From the NCBI GenBank assembly GCA_032128875.1, contig JAVLKG010000001.1, positions 480,001 through 544,000 on the forward strand: a DNA stretch of 64,000 bases, read 5' to 3'. Every line of letters begins with the position of its first letter. Positions within the stretch are counted from its first letter, which is position 1. Of this stretch, positions 51,046-59,890 are shown one piece after another. The stretch is from Candidatus Melainabacteria bacterium 17Bon1m. Lineage in GTDB: Bacteria; Cyanobacteriota; Vampirovibrionia; Obscuribacterales; Obscuribacteraceae. Position numbers and translations under genes: made by a program. The notes under the pieces were generated by a model that saw only the letters and a list, made by a program, of their open reading frames with translations, was not told the DNA's origin and ran no database searches.

Positions 51046-52350
51046 ATGTTGGCTAGAAGAAAGTCGCTCAAATCACTATTACTCGCTGCCACGCTGGTTG
51101 GCGCTCTATGCCCGCAAGTATGGGCAGACGAAGTTATCGACACCAATCCGAATCCGCCGGACAACAAGCCTGGCGAGACCACCGTAAAAATTGAGCCGAC
51201 AGATTCTTCCTCGTCGTCGTCTTCGTCGCCTTCTTCGTCGTCGTCGTCTTCTTCTTCTTCTTCTTCTTCTTCTTCTTCTTCTTCTTCTTCTTCTTCTTCT
51301 TCTTCTTCTTCTTCCGACGCTGCAGCTCAAAAGGAATACGATAAAGATTCCAAAATCGTGTCGCCCGAATCGATTCCTGTGTCTAAAGTGCCGGACAAAG
51401 TTGGCATTATCGAAACCAGTCGCGGTTATTACATGGATGTCGAACACTGGAAGGCAAAGCCGAAAGTTGCTCGTCCCAAGATTGGTCTGGCTCTTGGCGG
51501 TGGCGGCGCGAGGGGCGCGGCGCATGTCCCAGTCATTCGTGCTCTCGAGAAAGAAGGCATCAAGTTCGACTACATTGCAGGCACTAGCATTGGCTCTGTT
51601 GTAGGCGGCCTTTATGCTGCCGGTGTTTCTCTCGATGACATGGAAGATGAGTTTGAAAACGGAAAGCTCATGAGGAGCTTCATGACCGTTTCGCTCGCTG
51701 TGAGAATCGCTGTCTCACCAGTGATGCTCATGCCGCGCGTTTTCGGCTCAAAAGAATACGACGGACTTTATCGTGGCAACAAGTTTCGAAAGTATTTGGT
51801 CAAGGGATTATCTTGTCACGACTTGAATATTGAAGATCTGAAAATACCGTTTGCGGCAGTTTCACTGAATCTTTTGGATGGCAAGCCTTACATGATTCGC
51901 AAAGGCAATCTTGGATTTGCAATGCAGTCTAGCTCTGCTGTGCCTGGCTTGAGAAAACCAGTGGAAATCGGTGATTATTTGTTTGTTGATGGTGGCGCGC
52001 TCTGCAATCTGCCCGTGAAGCAAGTGCGCGAGATGGGCGCTGATTTTGTTATCGCAGTGAACATCGATCAACCCTTTCCAGCCGCGAAGAAAGAGGAGTT
52101 TCGCAAGATTGGCAGTGTCACCACTCGAATGCTCAACTGGGACCTGTGGGAGATGGACATGCCTCAATCCCAACTTGCCGACATCACGATTCAACCCGAC
52201 ACAACAGGTGTAAGCTTGATTTCCACGAAGAAATCTGATGCAGTCAAGTGCGTCAAGGCTGGAGAGAAAGCCGTGCAAGAAGCTCTGCCTCTGCTGCGCG
52301 AGAAGCTGAAAAACTACGGCATTGCTACGTCATCTCAACAGAGCGAATAA
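51046..52350 (+). CDS. Exported patatin-like phospholipase with a poly-Ser linker
   Basis: GGGARG, GTSIG, DGG; signal peptide; GAGG RBS. Confidence 0.9.
   Translation: MLARRKSLKSLLLAATLVGALCPQVWADEVIDTNPNPPDNKPGETTVKIEPTDSSSSSSSSPSSSSSSSSSSSSSSSSSSSSSSSSSSSSDAAAQKEYDKDSKIVSPESIPVSKVPDKVGIIETSRGYYMDVEHWKAKPKVARPKIGLALGGGGARGAAHVPVIRALEKEGIKFDYIAGTSIGSVVGGLYAAGVSLDDMEDEFENGKLMRSFMTVSLAVRIAVSPVMLMPRVFGSKEYDGLYRGNKFRKYLVKGLSCHDLNIEDLKIPFAAVSLNLLDGKPYMIRKGNLGFAMQSSSAVPGLRKPVEIGDYLFVDGGALCNLPVKQVREMGADFVIAVNIDQPFPAAKKEEFRKIGSVTTRMLNWDLWEMDMPQSQLADITIQPDTTGVSLISTKKSDAVKCVKAGEKAVQEALPLLREKLKNYGIATSSQQSE
51205..51315 (+). repeat. TCN/TCT trinucleotide tract (36 Ser + 1 Pro)
   Basis: 22 consecutive TCT at 51247-51312. 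Confidence 0.95.
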
Positions 52351-52394
52351 AGGGATTGGAAAATGGGCGCGTGCAACGCGCCCCCACGATTTTT

Positions 52395-52433
52395 GCGAAC
52401 CAGCTTATGCGAACCAGCTTAAGCGAACCAGCT
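52395..52433. repeat. 14-bp tandem repeat, ~3 copies, over a stop codon
   Basis: GCGAACCAGCTTA(T/A) units. Confidence 0.85.
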
Positions 52434-53144
52434 GCTGCTGATTTGCTGATTTACTGGAGCCAGCGCGCGGGTCTTCAAAATTGCGTTCAAACCAGAGCTG
52501 GTTTGTGTCGGCTTTGCAGCTACTGCGACTGGCGCGGCGATTGCCATTGCTGCTACCGGCTCTCCAACAGATACTAACTCAGCAACTGCCACGGCAACTT
52601 CGTCGAGATGAACAGGTTTTGCCATTGCTGTGAAATCAACAACCGTGATCACGCCTTCATCGCTGTCTTCAGTTTCTTCTTGCGGTGCGATAAATGAATT
52701 GATCGGTGCAATGAAGTTGGATGATGTTTGGCGCTGGGCTTCCATTTCCGCATGCACTTGAGGCATATGTGAGGCATAAATCTTTGCCAACTCTTGAGCA
52801 AAATTCCTTGCTGCTTGTTCGCGCTCGATTGGTTCGATAGGGCAGAAGGTGTTTGCCTTTTCTACTTGAGCTGCTTGCTTCTCTTGAACATAGGTGGGCA
52901 CTTCCGGCACAAACAAATTTGCCTTGGGTACCACAGCTTCGATGTGTTCATAGCCGTCACTGACCACCGCCATCTTTGAGAGCAGCGAGGTGCAGGTTTC
53001 TTCTTCGATTGCCATTGGGATATCGGATACCGACATGCAAGCGTCGAATGACTTGCCTTTGTCGGAAGAAGCCAGAGGCGGTGGCATGAAGCAGAATCTA
53101 TCGTCTTCTTGCTTGACCGATCTCGGAGGGTCTACATTTCGCAT
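52419..53144 (-). CDS. Hypothetical protein (type C), homologous to the C-terminal tail of the 817-aa paralogue
   Basis: GAGG RBS; shared motifs RF...PPP, TV.DFT and S.SW(F/W) at the C-terminus. Confidence 0.65.
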   Translation of the reverse strand: MRNVDPPRSVKQEDDRFCFMPPPLASSDKGKSFDACMSVSDIPMAIEEETCTSLLSKMAVVSDGYEHIEAVVPKANLFVPEVPTYVQEKQAAQVEKANTFCPIEPIEREQAARNFAQELAKIYASHMPQVHAEMEAQRQTSSNFIAPINSFIAPQEETEDSDEGVITVVDFTAMAKPVHLDEVAVAVAELVSVGEPVAAMAIAAPVAVAAKPTQTSSGLNAILKTRALAPVNQQISSSWFA

Positions 53145-53186
53145 CTATGATTCCTCGGGACTTCGAACTTTGATGGAGTTGTTCAG

Positions 53187-53219
53187 ATAGTAACTGGCAG
53201 TGAGTTAATTTCTCGTGAA
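53187..53219 (-). promoter_or_regulatory. Shared direct-repeat promoter, copy 4
   Basis: Minus strand reads TTCACG-AGAAA-TTAACT-N10-TACTAT. Confidence 0.65.
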
Positions 53220-53284
53220 TATCAATTTGGTTTACAGCTATTTTTCAACTTTGCTTTCCGTAGTTTGACCCAAAATTGTTGCAG

Positions 53285-55096
53285 CTATGTAACTGCGGTT
53301 TGATTTCCGTTGGTGTTTGGATTTGTCAGCGGGGGCATTTTGATTGGGTCGTTCCAAACACCGGTGACCGGGTTGAACGTTTTGCTGTGAGTATTGCGGT
53401 ACTCGGATACGTAAATCGGGTCGATGCCTTCGATGCCTTCGAGTCCGAGCAATCTTCCTGTCGAAGCGACTTCTTGCGGTGGGAGTGGAACGAGTTTGGG
53501 GTCCACTGCGGCAACGCGGATTGGTTTGTTGGGAACTGTGAGGAAAGCAGGAGCGACGTTCGGTTTGCGAATTCCGTTTTCGTCCAGGTCGGCAACTTGC
53601 GTTTTCGGCTTCGGAAGCAGTTGTGTTCTTGCTGCAACTTGCGTCGGTGTTTGATCCGGAACGATGTTCGGAGTGGTATTTGGGGTGGTGTTCGGAGTAG
53701 TGTTGTTCGAGCCGGTATTGCTGCTGCCGCTCTTCTTGCCACCCTTGCCGCCTTTTCCGCCACCTTTGCCAGCTTGTTGAGCTGCTTTGGCGCCGAGTCT
53801 TTCGGCTTCGGAGGCTGCACCGCGCATCAGACCAGCGAAGTCGAATGCATACTTAACAGCTGCTGTGGCGAGGAAGTTGCAAGCGCTGACGATGTAGAGA
53901 CCGCTGGAAGCTTCGCTTTTAGTAAGGGCGAGGATGAGGATGACGACGTTCCAGAAGAAAGACCAGAATGCCAGAGTGATTACGCCTTGGCACCATGCCG
54001 GGAATGCGTCTCTGAAGAGCTTCATCGGCCAGACCCAGAGCGCTGCCATGATTGGTCCGACGAAGAAGAGGTAGTACATGAACGCCATTTGGAAGGCGGT
54101 GAGGATAGACCATGCAGTGTTGATGCCGGCGTTGGACATGAACATAGCCATGCGCATACCGAGCGAACCTTGGCTCATGGTTCCGTCGTCGCGGTTGGCT
54201 GGAACTTCATTGAGACCGACGCAAGGATCAACCAGTTTGCCCCACATCATTCCTTCGCCTTTGGCGAAAGGCTCGTTGCCGCGGGGGGAAGTGTCGGCTG
54301 GCGGGAGGTTGGCGATGCTGCCGTCGTTTTCAGACAAGGAGCGAACACCGAAAGCGCGGATTTCAGCGCACATCGCATCTTGGTACATGTCGGTGCCTTG
54401 AATGCGGCGGTACTCGGAAGCGATGGTGTACTGGAGGCTATTGCCGAGGTCGATTGAGTAGTTGACGACGAGGTAGGTGCTGGGGACGAGGAAAACGCCG
54501 ATGATTGCGCGTTGGATGCCTTCGAGTGGGCTAGCTTGTCCGACCATGCACGGATTGCCTTGGGCGATGATCGCTCTGACTTGTGTGAGCACTGCGCCTG
54601 GAAGAATGAGAAGCAGAGCCATCGGTACGAAGAATCCGTCGCGGAGTCTGTTCCAACGGTTGCCACCTTCGGTGGTGAAGTTCTTCATCACGCGCTGGCA
54701 GTAGTCGATTGCTTGAATGGCTTGCTCGCGAGCAATTTCACCAGCATTGTTGCCAGCTTGATTTTGTTGAGCTTGCTGGGTTGCTTGTGCTTGCGGAACA
54801 GAGTTGCTGGGTTTTTTCTGTTTTGCTACGGTTCTGTCTGCTCTGTTTTCCATAACACGAGCTTGCTGCGTGTTGTTCCACAGTCCAGGAACGAGCTTCA
54901 GCGATTCTGCCGTTGCATCGAGCTGGGGCATACCCACGTAGGTGTCCCAGTTTCTGTTTTGTACAGAGAGTGGGTCGCCTTTGGCGTTGGCATCAAAACA
55001 AAAAGCAGTCACTACGAACAGTGCTGCCATCAAAGCAAGTACAACCGACTTGGCTGATTTGTTATCGGTGAAAACCGAAGAAACGCTGCGTGTCAT
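53285..55096 (-). CDS. VirB6/TrbL-like polytopic membrane protein, type B2
   Basis: Signal/TM N-terminus; conserved core (AIDYC..NFTT.GGN.WN, FVP..L, GPIMAALW.WP..F..W...TL.FW); Pro/Gly-rich tail. Confidence 0.7.
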   Translation of the reverse strand: MTRSVSSVFTDNKSAKSVVLALMAALFVVTAFCFDANAKGDPLSVQNRNWDTYVGMPQLDATAESLKLVPGLWNNTQQARVMENRADRTVAKQKKPSNSVPQAQATQQAQQNQAGNNAGEIAREQAIQAIDYCQRVMKNFTTEGGNRWNRLRDGFFVPMALLLILPGAVLTQVRAIIAQGNPCMVGQASPLEGIQRAIIGVFLVPSTYLVVNYSIDLGNSLQYTIASEYRRIQGTDMYQDAMCAEIRAFGVRSLSENDGSIANLPPADTSPRGNEPFAKGEGMMWGKLVDPCVGLNEVPANRDDGTMSQGSLGMRMAMFMSNAGINTAWSILTAFQMAFMYYLFFVGPIMAALWVWPMKLFRDAFPAWCQGVITLAFWSFFWNVVILILALTKSEASSGLYIVSACNFLATAAVKYAFDFAGLMRGAASEAERLGAKAAQQAGKGGGKGGKGGKKSGSSNTGSNNTTPNTTPNTTPNIVPDQTPTQVAARTQLLPKPKTQVADLDENGIRKPNVAPAFLTVPNKPIRVAAVDPKLVPLPPQEVASTGRLLGLEGIEGIDPIYVSEYRNTHSKTFNPVTGVWNDPIKMPPLTNPNTNGNQTAVT

Positions 55097-55129
55097 GTAT
55101 GCAGTGCCTGGGGGGTGGGGGACCTTTAG

Positions 55130-55162
55130 ATATTAAAGAGGAGATCGTGAAAACCACGTGAA
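55130..55162 (-). promoter_or_regulatory. Shared direct-repeat promoter, copy 5
   Basis: Minus strand reads TTCACG-TGGTT-TTCACG-N10-TAATAT. Confidence 0.7.
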
Positions 55163-55396
55163 CGCGCAAATTTAGGCGCCTGTGAAGGTTTTGGCTGTTG
55201 AGCCGAGCGAATGTTCACCCTCATGTTCACGCTGAAATTCACGCGATCAAGCCAGAGAATTAATGTGTTTTTTTTCGAGACGTAACTCGACATCAATTCG
55301 ACCCAAAAAAATTTGAGTAGAAGAACGCCGACCTCCGATTTTTTGTCTATCTCGGATTAATTTTTGCCGTTTTCTGAGGCGTTTCTTTAGCTGAGG

Positions 55397-58060
55397 CTAT
55401 TTGCTGTCACCCGCTTTGTCAGCCAGTTCCGCAGCTTTCTGACCAGCTGCTTTGACGAGTCCACCGAAGTCGAATGCGTATTTGACAGACGCTGTGGCGA
55501 GGAAATTGATGGCTGTCACCATGAAGATGCCTGTGTCGTCGGTCCCTTTGAAGCACGCTAGAAGCAAGATTGTGGTGCTCCAGAACAAACTCCAGAAGCA
55601 CAGCGTGACTACGCCTTCAACCCAGCTGCCGAACGCGTCTCGAAGGAATTTCATTGGCCACACCCAGAGCGCGGCCATGATTGGTCCTACAAAGAAAAGG
55701 TAATAGAAAAATGCCATTTGGAATGCGCAGAGAATTGACCAGCCTGTGCACATCGCTGCGTTGGTCGTGTTTAGCAGTGAACGTACAGCAACGTTGGAGG
55801 ACTCGATACTGGCGTCGTCTCTGTTCGCTGGAACCAGGTGTAGTCCCGAACAGGGGTCTTCTAATTTGCCCCATATTCGCGCTTCTGCTTTTGCGAAGAT
55901 ACCCTGCGGATTTCGAGGTGTGAAGTCCCATGGTGGGGTGTTGAGCGAACTATCGTTCTCTGACACATAGCGAGGACCAAAGGCGCGAATTTCAGCGCAC
56001 ATGGCGTCCTCGTACATGTCTGTTTGGAACAGCCGCTTGTACTCATCAGCAACGGTAAATTGAATACTGTTGCCTAAGTCAATCGCGTAGTTACAGATTA
56101 AATAGCTTCCCGGAATTAAGAAAACAGCTATCATGCCGCGCTGCATTCCATCGATTGGGCTGACTTGCCCAACGATAGGCGAACCTTGCGAAATAATCGC
56201 ACGCACTTGGCACACGACTGCGCCTGGCAGCAAAATAAGAATCGCCATCGGCACGAAGACACCATCGCGGAACCTGTTCCACTTATTGCCGCCTTCGGTT
56301 GTGAAATTCCTCATGAAGCGTGAGCAATAGTCGATAGCTTGTACCGCTTGTTCTCTCGCGATGTCTGCAGCGGAGTTACCTGCTTGGTTTGCTTGTGCTT
56401 GCCCTGATGCTTTTGCTGCTGGAGTTGAGTTTTTCGGTTGACGAGCCAACCCGGCCATCCGCTCTGCTGCTAGGAACTGAGTCTTTTGAATCTGGTCGTT
56501 CGTAGCAAGTGCAGTGTCTGCTGCCAAAGCTTTTGCCTTAGCAGCAGCTTCTCGCATGTAGGTCGTTTTATAGACCTCGTTCTGCAAAATGTTTGCGTTG
56601 TTCTGCCTGTTTTGATTTTGGCTTTGCTGGTTGCCTTGCGACTGCCCGCCACCGTTGTTGCCGCCGCCATTGTTGCCACCATTGCCGCCTCCGGCCCCGT
56701 TACCGCCTCCGCCGTTGTTGTTTCCAACTCCAAAGGCGCCGCCACCTTGCGGCAAATATTGCTGCAGTTGTTGCTGCAAATTTTGGTTATTGGGCTGTTG
56801 CTGAAGCGCATTTTGCATCGCTTGCTGACGCGCGAGACGCTGCGCAGCCAGCGCTTGCTGTGTCCGCTGCTGCGGTGTCAGTTGCGACTGTCCTTGCGGC
56901 TGATACCCACCTGCTTGTGGGGTGAACGTAACCGCTGGCTGCCCCGTCGTGCCACCAGGCAGTGTTACTCCGCCACCGCCTTGGGGTACCTGTGCTCCCG
57001 GAAACGGAAGATTCCCTAACTGTGGAAGTTGAGGAAACTGCAGGTTCGGAAATGGAAGTTGTGGTAATTGAATTTGAGGACCGCCCGGCAATTGAAGCGT
57101 CGGGAGGTTGGCGGAAACATTAGGCGCCTGGCCCTGAATGGTGGGAAGTTGTCCCTGGACGTTGACACCTAATTTAGGAACTTGAGCCTTTAGTAAAGGC
57201 GCTTGACCTTGCAGTGTGGGCAGCTGTCCGTTGACGCGAACATTGAGACTGCCCTGGGCACTTCCGTTTCCGCCCCTGACGCGGCCATTCACGCTCAGCC
57301 CGTTTCCATTCGCGGTGGCACGGATACTGCCGCTGGAGTTGCCTCCATTGTTTCCGCTGGCACTTCCGCGGACGTTTCCGCCAGCACTTGCACTAATGCT
57401 TCCGCTGCCGCCGCCGTTTCCACCTGAATTTGCACTGATGCTTCCGCTGGCATTGCCCCCAGCGCTTCCATTGGCGTTTCCACTTATACTTCCGCTGGCG
57501 TTTCCACCGGCATTACCACCAAAACTGCCGCTCGCACTGCCGCTCACACTGCCGCCGCCCTGTGCTTGTGAGCTTGAACCAAAAACGGTGACGCCGCTGC
57601 CCGGTGCGGGAGTTGTGTAGCCGGTTTTGCCTTTCTTGTTATTTTTTGCGACTTTGCCTTGACCAGCTTGTTGCCCCTGTGAATTTTGCTGGGTGGTTTG
57701 AGTCGGATTTTGGCGAAGCAATTGCAATAGACTTTGCATTTGCTTTTGGTTTTGCATCTGTTTTAGTAAAGCTTGCTGATGTTGCAGCTCCTGCTGCCCC
57801 ACTGCAGGCTGAGAGCCTGAACTGGAGCCAGCCTTGGCTTGAGCACTGGTGCCTGAAACTGATCCCGAAACAGATACGGAACCAGAGCCAGAACCGGAAC
57901 CGGAACTGGAACCCTTCTTGCAATGCGCAGGCTTCTTGATCGGTGCCCCTTTGTCACAAGAATGCGTTTGCGCGGTTGCGCCCACTGTCGACACTAAAAT
58001 TGCCCCAAGTGTCAGCAGGCTGTAGGCGATTGATAATCTTCGGTATTTCAAGGAAGTCAC
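55397..58060 (-). CDS. VirB6/TrbL-like membrane protein, type B1, with a long Gly/Ser/Asn/Gln-rich N-terminal region
   Basis: GTG start with GGAG RBS; same conserved core; low-complexity repeats. Confidence 0.7.
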   Translation of the reverse strand: MTSLKYRRLSIAYSLLTLGAILVSTVGATAQTHSCDKGAPIKKPAHCKKGSSSGSGSGSGSVSVSGSVSGTSAQAKAGSSSGSQPAVGQQELQHQQALLKQMQNQKQMQSLLQLLRQNPTQTTQQNSQGQQAGQGKVAKNNKKGKTGYTTPAPGSGVTVFGSSSQAQGGGSVSGSASGSFGGNAGGNASGSISGNANGSAGGNASGSISANSGGNGGGSGSISASAGGNVRGSASGNNGGNSSGSIRATANGNGLSVNGRVRGGNGSAQGSLNVRVNGQLPTLQGQAPLLKAQVPKLGVNVQGQLPTIQGQAPNVSANLPTLQLPGGPQIQLPQLPFPNLQFPQLPQLGNLPFPGAQVPQGGGGVTLPGGTTGQPAVTFTPQAGGYQPQGQSQLTPQQRTQQALAAQRLARQQAMQNALQQQPNNQNLQQQLQQYLPQGGGAFGVGNNNGGGGNGAGGGNGGNNGGGNNGGGQSQGNQQSQNQNRQNNANILQNEVYKTTYMREAAAKAKALAADTALATNDQIQKTQFLAAERMAGLARQPKNSTPAAKASGQAQANQAGNSAADIAREQAVQAIDYCSRFMRNFTTEGGNKWNRFRDGVFVPMAILILLPGAVVCQVRAIISQGSPIVGQVSPIDGMQRGMIAVFLIPGSYLICNYAIDLGNSIQFTVADEYKRLFQTDMYEDAMCAEIRAFGPRYVSENDSSLNTPPWDFTPRNPQGIFAKAEARIWGKLEDPCSGLHLVPANRDDASIESSNVAVRSLLNTTNAAMCTGWSILCAFQMAFFYYLFFVGPIMAALWVWPMKFLRDAFGSWVEGVVTLCFWSLFWSTTILLLACFKGTDDTGIFMVTAINFLATASVKYAFDFGGLVKAAGQKAAELADKAGDSK

Positions 58061-58091
58061 TTTAGAATTTCTCCGGGTCGAAAACCAATGA

Positions 58092-59633
58092 TTAAGCTCT
58101 ACCTTGGTGGTGCGGCGAGCCGCCTTTCTTACCGCCACTGGCGCCATTTTCACTGGCTTCTCTGGCTTTTTCGAGCAGTCTGTCGACCAATTCGCCCGGT
58201 TTTAATTCGAATGGTGCAAAGGGTACGTACATCATCATAACCATGAAGCACATGAGCATGAGTCCTTCCCACTCTGTGTTTGGTACATATTCACCAATTT
58301 CTCTGAGCCAAGAAATACGGGTGACCATGACAAACACAATCAGGACCCACCAGAATCTCCAAAGAGATAGTGTTACTACTGCATTTACCCAATTTATAAA
58401 GACTGGTTTGAATAATCTGCCTACGCTACCCGGCCATGCATAGAGGGCGGCGGCGATAGGTCCCATCAAAAGAAGGTAGCAGCTCATTGCCAACTGGAAT
58501 GCTGCGAGGATGAGCAAGCCAACTCCCATAGACATATTGATCATGCCGGAAGCCATTTGGAAGGTTTGATCTTTAAATTCTTGCGGATCGAGACCGTCTC
58601 TGAGTTGACCTCTGGCTTCTTTGGCTTGTTGCTGACCAAGTGCCCATTGAACGACTTCATTTGCAGTGAATTGCTGTGCGATTGCATAGGTCATCGAGTT
58701 ACCGACGTCAATCGAGTAGCTCATGATCAATTGAGTAGAAGGAATAAGGAAAAGAGCAATCATTGCGCGGAGGATATGTCCCAGCGGTCCGCCTTGGTTG
58801 TCTTCGTCAGGATTTGCGAATTGGGAGATCATCAGCTTCATTTGAAGGATGACGGCTCCCGGTACGAGAAGGAGAAGAGCCATCGGCAGGTAAACATGGC
58901 GGTACATTTGCTGCACCATGCCGATTGCTTGTGATACCGGACGGAAAGGAGCGCGGGTGCTGCCGGTTGTGCCGACTGCTTCGTTGGCTACATTTATGTT
59001 GCCTGCCAGAAGCATCGGGATGTAATCGGAGAGTGCATCGCAGTTGCCATTTTGCATGGCATCGCCCGCTGCCTGCATTTGACCTTGCATGTCGCTAACT
59101 GCGTTGGGTATTGCTTGCTGGGGAGCGCCACCGATTGCTACTTGCTGTGTTGTTGCATTGTCGGCCGCCAAGGCTTGCTGTGGGTTGCCTGCCGGAGTGC
59201 GAGGATAAGTAGGTTGTTCTTTGGTGAAGTTGTTTTGGTATCCCTTATTACCTGTGTTAGAACCTTCTTGGTTCTTCTTGCGCTGCTTCATCATTTCGAT
59301 AGTAAGGGTGTAATCGCGAAGTCTCGTTCTATCCGGAGCCGGCTTCGACTCGTGAACGTATGGGGTGCCTTCGCAATTAGAATCCGGACGCGGCTGAGCA
59401 TCGTGAAGAGCTGACAACGGGTGGTCTTGGTTCCAGCGTCTTTGCTGCTGGGTGAGAGAGTTGCCTTGTCTTTGAGCCAAAGCATCTTGAGCGACGGCGC
59501 CGAACATGATGACCATCAAGATCGCAAGCGCGAGGGTCTTGGTCATTTGACCGACCTTTGCTGCTTTGGCGATGTTGGTAAGGAGGTTACGAGTAAAAGC
59601 CGACTCGTCCGGCGAAAAAACGCGGTTTGTCAT
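58092..59633 (-). CDS. VirB6/TrbL-like membrane protein, type A
   Basis: YLPMALLLLVPGA, YSIDVGNS, MGPIAAALYAWP..F..W...TL.LW. Confidence 0.7.
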   Translation of the reverse strand: MTNRVFSPDESAFTRNLLTNIAKAAKVGQMTKTLALAILMVIMFGAVAQDALAQRQGNSLTQQQRRWNQDHPLSALHDAQPRPDSNCEGTPYVHESKPAPDRTRLRDYTLTIEMMKQRKKNQEGSNTGNKGYQNNFTKEQPTYPRTPAGNPQQALAADNATTQQVAIGGAPQQAIPNAVSDMQGQMQAAGDAMQNGNCDALSDYIPMLLAGNINVANEAVGTTGSTRAPFRPVSQAIGMVQQMYRHVYLPMALLLLVPGAVILQMKLMISQFANPDEDNQGGPLGHILRAMIALFLIPSTQLIMSYSIDVGNSMTYAIAQQFTANEVVQWALGQQQAKEARGQLRDGLDPQEFKDQTFQMASGMINMSMGVGLLILAAFQLAMSCYLLLMGPIAAALYAWPGSVGRLFKPVFINWVNAVVTLSLWRFWWVLIVFVMVTRISWLREIGEYVPNTEWEGLMLMCFMVMMMYVPFAPFELKPGELVDRLLEKAREASENGASGGKKGGSPHHQGRA

Positions 59634-59667
59634 TCGTGGGCTCTGGGGGCGTCAGGGCTACACGAAG

Positions 59668-59700
59668 ATAGTAGTTAGGGGAACGTGAAAGTAGCGTGAA
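59668..59700 (-). promoter_or_regulatory. Shared direct-repeat promoter, copy 6
   Basis: Minus strand reads TTCACG-CTACT-TTCACG-N10-TACTAT. Confidence 0.7.
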
Positions 59701-59890
59701 CGGCATGAAAGCGCACCCTGGTCAGCCTTCCCGGTTTTAATCTTCCGAGAAGGAGGGGCCGTCGAACCGATTTTCGACGCTGCAGTTACTTGAGAGAGAG
59801 AAGAAAAATATGCTGGCTTTCGGTTGGCTCTGTTTTAAGGTGCTCCTTCTTTGATTTGTAATTTGCTTCTAGGTAATTGTTTTTAGGAGC

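Noticed and set aside
51106-51604. Poly-Arg and poly-Leu ORFs
   Set aside because: Alternative-frame readings of the TCT repeat inside the patatin gene
52395-52433. Possible CRISPR array
   Set aside because: 14-bp contiguous units with no spacers and no cas genes
53276-54457. 393-aa plus-strand ORF
   Set aside because: Antisense shadow of a conserved paralogue; no recognisable motifs
55214-55243. Three TTCAC(C/G) half-sites on the plus strand
   Set aside because: 12-bp period, opposite orientation and no matching -10; at most auxiliary sites
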